Positions 56,346 through 64,000 of a stretch of 64,000 nucleotides of DNA are shown here, one piece after another. The notes under the pieces are model-generated. The model had not been told where the DNA came from, did no database searches, and saw only the letters and a list, made by a program, of their open reading frames with translations. The position numbers and the translations under genes are program-made. Positions within the stretch are counted from its first letter, which is position 1, and every line of letters starts with the position of its first letter. This DNA comes from Cyanidioschyzon merolae (taxonomy: Eukaryota). The stretch lies in NCBI GenBank assembly GCA_000091205.1, contig AP006494.2; one strand, 5' to 3'.

Positions 56346-57148
56346 TCACCTTCGTTTCTGCCTTGCGTTCGAGCTCTCGGTCCAGAAACACGAAATATCG
56401 CAGGATGAGGCGATAGTATCTTTCCTTATCTTTTTCAACGCTGATATCTTGTCTGTTGGATACGCCAGCCCCAGTACCGCACGATGCTCTTTTATAGCCG
56501 CACGGATCGCAGAAGCTGCATCCGTGTTCTCGTTTGGCGCCTTCTTGTCGACAAATTCGACCTCATCTTCATGCTTGCGATCGCTCGTGATGCCGTTGAT
56601 CATCGCCCATTTTCCATTGCGAGAGATGTCCGGAGACAACGCAAACACGGCGCGTACCATGAAACGTTCGAAGTTCTCTGTCAAATGGTTCTTCAGGTTC
56701 GTGGGGTACTTCATCGCCCCGTACGTGTAAATATCCCGGTCACCCTTGTATCGAGTACCATTGAAGCTGTAAAGGGGATATTTTTCGTGGAGGGCGCGCA
56801 CCCGCTCATTTTCCCTCCGCACTTCCCCTGTGCCGAGCATCAGCTGACGAATAAAGGTTTGTCGAAAAACTTGTCTGGAATCTCGACCGTTTCCATGTTC
56901 GCGACGTCTTCGTACATCTCCCTTGCTAAATGCATCAGTCCTGACGACGCCTTTATAATATTCTTGGAGTATGACGCAACACGTTTTTCGATAGCGTCTC
57001 GCAACTTTTCCCTGTACGGATCCTTGATATGTCCAAGAAGAAAGGTTTTCACCACCACCTCGTCGCACAGTTGTCTCTCGTGCCGCCTTCGACGTAGGAG
57101 CTCCGCCTTTCGGTCCTTCTTCTCTTCCTTTTCTTCTGGACTCGGCAC
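56346..57148 (-). pseudogene. Upstream partial Fanzor-like unit (degenerate RuvC-III-like ENTDAASAIRAAI and tail AYPTDKISALKKIRKD), split into two overlapping ORFs
   Basis: ORFs 56840-57148 and 56346-57068 on the minus strand run straight into the 54997-56391 ORF. Weak similarity to NRDLNAAINIRR / YLPRANFIGQPLKVELYEKK. Confidence 0.3.
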
Positions 57149-57189
57149 TATTTTTTTCTGGCAGCCGGCGAACCTGGGCCTCCAGGATC

Positions 57190-57400
57190 GTGCAATTGCT
57201 TTTTCATAGCGTTCCTTTTTTCGTTTTTTTATTTTTGTATTTCTTGAACGCTCTTTAAACCCTTCTGTTATATACTGCGAAAAAACATTTGACTAGACTT
57301 GTTAAAAGTTTGAAACAAAAACGAACTGAAAACTATATTTTTGTTCGACTCCAACGCGAATACAACTTTTACAGCTGAACAACACACCAGAGATCAGGAT
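57190..57400. other. AT-rich island (~35% GC) in otherwise GC-rich DNA, at the 5' boundary of the Fanzor-like array
   Basis: ttttttcgtttttttatttttgtatttcttgaacgctctttaaaccc...gaaacaaaaacgaactgaaaactatatttttgttcg. Composition departs sharply from the flanks. Confidence 0.6.
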
Positions 57401-58921
57401 CGCGTTTCCCTTCAGCGGCGGCACGCGCGTCGTGTCGTATGCCTGCCTGATCTCCCAGGAACGCTCACTTAGCGCACTGCGTGCACCGCGCGAGACGCCT
57501 CACCGATCGATGAAGGACACGTGTCCGACACCCCGCCTTGGCACGTGCGTGTTCGCATCGCGCTGGAGCGAAAATCAGGTGTCGTAGCTCGGAAACTCAC
57601 GTAGAGTAATCTCTTGCTATAGGCTCTGTCGCTGGTGCGCGTCGCGGTGCCGCCCTTGACATACAAGGTAATATTGGGGCCTGGCACGATACCTCGCGAT
57701 GATTCCAGCTGGCACGCTCCGCCATGATCGATCATCTGGAGCACGGCGAGGCGCCCGGGCGAACGCAGGCGCAACCCAGCAAGAGGAAGACGTCATGGTA
57801 GAGCATTGTTGAATCTAACGAAGAATCCCCGAGTGTCGGATGGTTACCAAGTGCTCAGGACCGCGAGTGTGATTCCTAATGGTGTAGGATTTTGGAATCT
57901 AACCTCTGATCCCCAATGATGTGATGGTTATCGGCATCCGGGAAGCAAGCCTACATGGCGCACCGAATCCTCCCAGTCCTCTTTACCGTTATCCAAGCAT
58001 TGATTCGGGGATAGCGGTCCGTCCACACGATCCTCCGTTCCAGCGACAGCATGGCGTCGCAGTGTCGCTGCGGATTCCCAGGCCGAACGTTGGCGAACGC
58101 AGCGGCTGGTCCGAGACTGCGATTCGCCTCTTGTAGTGAACACTCTCGAACTGGGCCAACCGAGCCCTACGAACGGATACGTTGATTCGCCAGCGCACGA
58201 CGGCGTCAAGGCGCTCGCACGCTCCATGACACGCGCTTTGTCCATGGACTGTATGTACGGACAAAATTGTACCCGCAGGTTCAGCACCGCGCAGTCCGAC
58301 TGTCGATTCCAGTAGGGATGCTGCACCAGGTTCTCCGTCTGCGAGCAGTGATTCGCATGCGAACAATAGACACACTGCTCTGGTCGAAGGTTGGGCGCAG
58401 TAGCAGGCGAATGGCGTGCGGCTGTGTATCGATTCCGCGCGGAGCGCTGCTGCAGGAACATTTGCCGGGTTCAGCGCGCTGGTCAGTACTCTATGCAAAG
58501 TTTTAGATGCTGTGCCTGCAGGAAGCAACTTGGCACTTTGTAGCCGACCGCAACGTTCAAGCTATTTTTCATCCTTGCAGAGCAGCAGAAACTGAGGCTT
58601 GATCGCAGCGATCAAGCCCCAGTTTCGCCATGTTCGGTTGGTAGGAATGCATCGCTTGCGCGGACGGAAGCTGAGATCTGCGATCCTTTTCCCATCGCCT
58701 TCTTCTTTGCATGGTACCCTCGGTGTGTCCTGCGCAGCAGTGACACTCGGTGGAGGTCAAGTGCCCAAATGTATCCGCAATACTTTCTCTACCAACGGCC
58801 GTTCTCTGGCACATGAGCGCATGTTTCACTGCACGGTACGTGCCCTGGACGGGTAGAGAAGGTTTCCCTACATGCTTTACTCCGTTTCCGCGCTCGGTGC
58901 TGTACCCCAGGATCACAAGCT

Positions 58922-59581
58922 CTATCTGCGAGATACCCTCGGCGAGTCTTCCGTCAGCTGCGCACGCAAGCGCACGCTGTTCCATTCCATGGAGGATTGT
59001 CGGAACGCGATGTTGTTCATGATGAAACAATGAACGGGACGAAAATTCGGGATGGAAATCAAGTCGAGAAACTCCGATCCGACAGCGCTGCCTTCACGCA
59101 AAGCGCTGACGCATTCTCCGCCAGAAGCGATCGCCCCGATGACGCAAGCGCGAGTCCAGGGCGCTTTTTCGTGCAAAGAGAAGTGACAGAAGCCGCTGCG
59201 AGCAGATCCCGCGACTGGTATCCTACTGCTATAGAATGCAGTTTCGTGGGTATTCAGAAAGACTGGAGAATTTGTTTTTCGACAGCATCGATTATTCGAC
59301 CCGCCAAGTTCCATCAACTTTCGGGATAGGCTTGAACAGCGGTCGTCAATGCAAGACTGTACGATTTGATCCGCGGTAATCCGGAGCGACGCGCGAGCAG
59401 CTGCACCCGCGAGTTGCCGTCGACCAGGAAGACCGTAAAAAACTTGAAGAATGCGTGATTTGAACATGCTACACGTACGAAGGAAAGCCTCATAGAGACC
59501 CTTATTGATGAATCCATTAATTTTGTCGCTCATTTTACGAACCATTCTTTGCGAGCTTCCGCGAATCACCACGATTCGCAT
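58922..59581 (-). CDS. Flavodoxin-like fold NAD(P)H-dependent FMN reductase family protein (SsuE/Lot6/ArsH-like)
   Basis: MRIVVIRGSSQRMVRKMSDKIN N-terminus. Further matches: PVFLNTHETAFYSS (cf. VIIATPEYNGSYSG), W.(G)KP...IASGGECVSALREG (cf. WAGKPVAIVSAGSGMLGGARAQYHLRQ) and RPVHCFIMNNIAF (cf. KPEVMISSAQNAF). ATG confirmed at 59579-59581. Confidence 0.55.
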   Translation of the reverse strand: MRIVVIRGSSQRMVRKMSDKINGFINKGLYEAFLRTCSMFKSRILQVFYGLPGRRQLAGAAARASLRITADQIVQSCIDDRCSSLSRKLMELGGSNNRCCRKTNSPVFLNTHETAFYSSRIPVAGSARSGFCHFSLHEKAPWTRACVIGAIASGGECVSALREGSAVGSEFLDLISIPNFRPVHCFIMNNIAFRQSSMEWNSVRLRAQLTEDSPRVSRR

Positions 59582-60030
59582 GACGTAACCGATTCCAGTG
59601 ATCGAGGGTCATCTGTGCCATTCTGGAAAACAAATGCAACCACGAATCCTAGAACGACGTATGCATCCCTAACCTCTCATTGCCACGCTTTGAATGCCAA
59701 GGCTGTACAACTAAAACAAGAGCTGAAAAATACAAAATCGGAAACAGAACGAACAGTTCAATGATCTCCTCGAATCTGAGACACATGGAGGAGCTGGATT
59801 TTGGCTTCATTCCATGGCAGTGGCGCCAAACGTGGCTACGCTCCGCCACGCCCCGACCCGCTAAGGCGTACGTCGGCCTCGCGGGAATCCCTTCTATCCT
59901 TGGCTTTTCGAATATCGACTCGGCAGATCCCTGCGGTGCCTTTGCAGCGTCCTGATCAACGAGACGCTCTCCAGAGTAGCGGTTTGTGTATACGTATTCG
60001 TGGGTTGCTTCATGCTCGGGGGCCCACCTG

Positions 60031-63000
60031 ATGCTGGGGCGCAAAACGTCAACCCCGACTGACGCTGCCGTAGCGCTTCCAGTTTGGCTGAAGCGAGGTC
60101 GCTGCGTCGAGGTACGCACCGCAGAAGGACTCTGGGAGAGCGGCACCGTCCAATCCATTCGAGAACGTGACGGTGAGACCTGGATTAAGCTGCGGCTTTT
60201 TGGGAAAGAAGCAAGTTATCCGCTTCGTAACGTTCACTTGCGCTGTGGTTCCCAGGAGTTTCCCACACCTATCGAGGACGAACGGAAAAAGACTGAAACC
60301 CTAGGGTGCAAAAACGGCACGGTTTCGGTAACCAATGCTCACGCTCCAGAGTGTACGGGCTCGGTGTCGAGTTCGCCACAGAAACCGACACGTCCTTGTT
60401 TTGCAGCTGAACTTTTGTCCCAGAGGCGCTCTCCTGGCCCTAACGCTGAAAGCATCCCCGTGCTGGCACCGAATACCCAAAGCCTCGACGAGGTGCTGCT
60501 GCAGCGCTCGGACTGGCAAGAAGCTGCAAAAAAACTAGTGGAGTTGTTCGCGCTCAATGACTTCACGCTCTATGCCTCACTGCTGAAGATCGACTTGACA
60601 ACAGATGCGGTCTGCTTTCAAGTATCACCGTGTCTCGACCGCGTTGACGTGCTGGAACTCATTGTCCACGAGTGTCGGGCGCAGCGCTCACAGCGCCTCA
60701 ACGCGATATCATTGCCGTCCGCTGGGGTAACTGTGCAACAGCCCGCATTGCCAGAAGCTGTATTCGCAGAGCTGCTCTCGACAGTCACTTTTCTCTGTGA
60801 TGGCGAGCACCCAGAGACAAAGCACTTGCTTGCCTGCCTGCAGAGGCGCGGAGAACTGCTTGCGACGCTGCAGGCATACATCTGCGAGCGCTTGCATGAC
60901 TTGGTTGGTGCTGACCGAAAAGCCGCACGCGCACCGCAAGAGGAACGGATGACGAGCCCAGAGAAATCGTCGAGGCTGGTAACCGATGCATCCAGTGGCG
61001 CTGCGGAGCATCTGAAAGTACCGCAGACCCTGGGCGATCCCTCTTTCATCGCTTTGAATTTGTTCATTACTGCATCAAATCTTCTCGATACTGCAATCCG
61101 TGACCTGGCGAAGGAGCAACGAGCGCTTCCACCTGCGACCTCTGGGCAAGAGCGGAACGCGTCCCTGGCTCGTGGCGTTCTGGAGGCGCTCCTCCCGTCG
61201 CCTGCGTTCATGCAAAAGCATCTCGTGACCGTACTCGATTGGGTTGACCTGCTCCAGCAGGAGTCCTCCACGAGTCCGAAAAGCGTCATGGGAGAGCGAC
61301 TCGCGGAGGAACTCGACGAGCATCTGCGGCTATTGCTGGGTGGCTGGATGCTCATGACCGACTCCGACCTGGCGGCGCTTTCGGTTGTGGTCTCGGATCT
61401 GCGGATTGCGCAACACTTCTTCCGTCTCTACTCAGTGGAGAGATTACTTGACTCGCTGAGCCGCAGCGATCAAGAACGACTCCGAGGTGAGACAGATGAG
61501 GTCGATCCGGCGCTCTGGGCGATGGTGCGCATCTGGCCTGATCTTGTAGCTGCCCAGGAGCTGTGTTGGTTGCCAAACAGCGGGTACACGCTGCTTCTGC
61601 ACTGCCAGAAGATCTGCAAGGAGGCCTGGGGCACCAGTTCGGCCCGGCAGCTGGAGCGCTACGGCGCAAGCACCCTCAGGCATCAACTTTTGGAGACCTT
61701 CACCCGTCTGTGTTGTGCGGATTCCAAGCTCGTGCTTCGAGCGCTCAGCGAAGCGAGTGCAGTATCGACCTGGGCAGACCTGCTGAGGCGTCTCTGGGAA
61801 CTGCTGACAGAGGGCCTGCGCGAAGACGACATCGAGGATTCGTCCAGCGACGAGACTCTCACCGAAGACGCCCTTGCACAACAGACGATGCGCGTTGTTC
61901 GAGATGCCTTCTTCCCAGCGGTGATGCGCTTTCTGGCCAGCTGCCACATAGCCTGTTTGCGCGAATCGTCCGAGCTGTTTCTGCAACGAGTCTGCAATGC
62001 CTTGGGCTTCTCCAGTCGCCGCGGACTCGATCGACTACTGGCGGTTCTCCGGCGACTGCCGCTTGTCGCTGGACGCCTGACCAATACCGACGATCGCGCT
62101 GCCTACATGGTGCTCCTCCACGGATTGGAGAATCGGCGACGGGAGGCGTCGGTTGCAGCGGGCTTGCACCCTCTCCACACCAGTGTAGAAGCAGTGGACG
62201 TGTCGCAGGAAAGGCCGTCGACAGCACCTGACGCCGCTGAGCCTTCCACTTGTCTCCGACTGCCAGACTGGGACTGGTCCCGTTTGTCCGCTGGAGACTT
62301 TGGCGAGCGTAGCTGGTATACGCTGCTCTCCTACCGACTGGCCATTCTCGAGGACAGGAAGCAGCGGATGCTGGATACGGATAACGGGAAACCGTCACCG
62401 TTTATCCATTTAACGGCGAACGAGTATCTGGTTCCACCGTCGGTTGCACCAGCACATGCCGATGTGTGTCAGTGCATTGGAGCATGTGTACCCGGTGTCT
62501 GCCTGAACAGCACTGTGTGCGTGGAATGCAATCCGGCGACATGCCCAGTTGCTCGGTCGCGGAGCAGTACGGATCCGCAATGTGGCAACATGCGATTCCA
62601 GCGACAAGCCTATGCTCCTGTGGAGCTCTTCTTCAGTCCAAACGGCCGAGGTTGTGGTATCCGCAGCCGAGCGCCGCTCAAGAAAGTGACTTTATCGTGG
62701 AGTACATGGGTGAAGTGATTGGCCCGACGGAACTTGCTCGCCGGAAGCGCGATCACGCCCTCGAACGACATGTCTATTTCATGACGCTTGACCAGAGCAC
62801 GTTTCTCGATGCAAGTCGCAAAGGAACCTGGGGTCGGTTTCTGAACCACTCGTGCGAGCCGAACTGCCACACGCAGAAATGGCTCGTGCTTGGCAAAGTT
62901 CGCGTCGGTATCTTTGCCAGTCGTGATATCGCGGCTGGCGAGGAGCTCACCTTCGACTACCGAATGGAGAGACGCGCTGCTGCTGCTGCCGCCCCCGAGG

Positions 63001-64000
63001 AGACGTCGCTGCTGCAGCGGGTATCACCGCGTCGCGACCTGGATCTTAATGAGAGCGACGCTTCTGTTCCGATTCGGTGCCTCTGTCAAGCAGCCTCGTG
63101 CAGCGGTTGGATCAGCGGGGGACCCTACGCCAGCGCGCTCGACGAACAACAGGCGATGGATGCGGTTGAGCATCGCCGTGCTGCCTCGTTGCAACGCATT
63201 ACCGAGCAGATTGCGGGGATCAGAAAAGCCCTAGGGCCTCGGCAGGCAGCACAGACGGCCAAGTGGGTTACCGCGAGTGCTGCAGACAGAATTCACACAC
63301 TGGCGGTGGCAACGCTCAGTCGAGCACAGGAGACTGCCAAGTGCTTCGACACGTTTGCAGCGAAACGGAGGAACTGGACACGTTGGGACGCCGAACTGCT
63401 CTGGGAGGTTTCCGTGCCCTGGCAGAGTCAACAGCAGGGCGACATTGACGACAAATACGCTGAAGCGTATCGTACTCATCGCAAGGAGCCCGAGAACTGT
63501 CCACATTTTGCGGAGCTCTATGCAAGGGCCCAAAAGTTCTGGGAAGCTCGAGACTCGGCAAGTGTATCCGCAGCGTCGCCCGCGAACCACTGGGTCGTGA
63601 TCGCGCTTCAACAGAGTATTCGCGCTTTGTTGAACACTGCTATTGGCCAGCCAGGTTCGTACCATCGCATATGGAGGATCGTGAACGCGGGTTTCACGCT
63701 CTTAGATCAGCAGAGGCGTGTACACGTCGTGAACGGACCCGCGAGCATTGCACACGTTCCCGATGATCGCTTCCTGGAACTCTATTGCGAGTCGGAGCAG
63801 ACACTGCGTGTGGAGCGTGGTGAGAGAGGTCAGCTCCAGGTGTATGGTCCAGTAGCCACGTTGCAGGAGTATCTCGCGAAAAATGTCCCAGAAATACAAG
63901 CGCAAAGGTTTTTATGGCATCCAGGCGGTCGGAGCTGTTTCCGGATTTCCGCTGGAATGCAATCTCAAGCTTCTGGTGCGGTCTGGTATCATAACATTGA
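60031..64000 (+). CDS. SET2/ASH1/NSD-type histone-lysine methyltransferase (AWS-SET-postSET); 1-nt frameshift near 62686; 3' end beyond window
   Basis: Frame-1 ORF 59986-62718 (GTG track start, first ATG 60031) carries the AWS/pre-SET domain (CQCIGACVPGVCLNSTVCVECNPATCP) and the SET start (GRGCGIRSRAPLKK). The SET core (DFIVEYMGEVIG...NHSCEPNCHTQKW...GEELTFDY) and post-SET (CLCQAASCSGW) continue in frame 0 from ~62686 to the window end with no stop. The junction aaagtgac is consistent with loss of one G from aaaggtgac (KKGDFIVEY). Confidence 0.75.

Larger units (their letters stand above)
54752..56391 (-). mobile_element. Most complete Fanzor/TnpB-like RuvC-nuclease unit; coding region split by a frameshift at 54997-55000 and probably inactive
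   Basis: ORF 54997-56391 carries RuvC-I ([16 protein letters not shown], ~55701-55719) and a degenerate zinc-finger region (VDEFRTSYTHHELG, cysteines lost). ORF 54752-55000 continues in another frame with RuvC-III (NRDLNAAINIRR) and the QP-tail. The first 80 aa (FDVVPMCNIK...) are homologous at nucleotide level to the tail plus 3' element of other units, so the ORF reads through from an upstream partial unit. The track start is GTG. Confidence 0.6.

Noticed and set aside
1-64000. Prokaryotic interpretation suggested by TTG/GTG/ATT start calls in the ORF track
   Set aside because: Gene content (VPS13, ORC5, eIF5B, SYS1, SET2-type methyltransferase, DDX6) and polyQ/polyA codon repeats are eukaryotic. 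The non-ATG starts are ORF-finder artefacts, and in each case an in-frame ATG lies just downstream.
1-64000. Kinetoplastid-style polycistronic gene cluster (GC-rich, intronless, low-complexity-rich proteins)
   Set aside because: Gene orientation alternates repeatedly (+,+,-,-,+,-,+,-,+,-,-,-,+), which is inconsistent with long unidirectional polycistrons. No spliced-leader-like sequence was recognised.

Overview
The window is a GC-rich (~58-60%), intron-poor, compact eukaryotic nuclear segment. Genes are read as long single exons, lie on both strands, and several form head-to-head pairs. Organism identity cannot be determined from sequence alone; the gene content and low-complexity codon repeats resemble an oomycete, stramenopile or another protist. 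The supplied ORF track uses alternative start codons (TTG/GTG/ATT called as M), so I moved several starts to the first in-frame ATG. The track also omits ORFs that run off the window end.

Recognisable genes:
- DDX51/Dbp6-like DEAD-box helicase, partial, at 1-1054.
- SYS1 Golgi membrane protein.
- Prenyltransferase alpha-repeat protein.
- DDX6/Dhh1 helicase.
- A giant 6021-aa VPS13-family lipid-transfer protein (Chorein-N N-terminus), 16951-35013, full of in-frame trinucleotide repeats.
- GT31/Fringe-like glycosyltransferase.
- Peptidase-M41 (FtsH-like, HEAGH) protein with no AAA module.
- GDP-mannose pyrophosphorylase.
- BCKDH E2 lipoamide acyltransferase.
- ORC5.
- Mitochondrial ribosomal protein uL30.
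- eIF5B.
- Flavodoxin-like NADPH:FMN reductase.
- SET2-type (AWS-SET-postSET) histone methyltransferase, which runs off the 3' edge and has an apparent 1-nt frameshift.

The most unusual content is a family of Fanzor/TnpB-like (eukaryotic RuvC-type, OMEGA-like) nuclease units with RuvC-I motifs ([16 protein letters not shown]) and RuvC-III motifs (NRDLNAAINI, NRDVNAAINF, degenerate NRARENHTMIRR). They are arranged as head-to-tail tandem arrays of ~1.4-1.5 kb units at two loci (about 5930-10216 and 54665-57190) plus one solo remnant (37655-37945). Each unit ends in a conserved ~80-100-nt non-coding element that is better conserved than the adjacent coding sequence, so it is a candidate omega-RNA or unit-boundary element. 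One copy of this element overlaps the eIF5B start codon.

Other features: a 43-bp x4.7 palindrome-rich minisatellite between convergent genes, a 56-bp direct repeat upstream of VPS13, a 78-bp x3.7 tandem repeat inside the Fanzor-like ORF, and an AT-rich island at 57190-57400.
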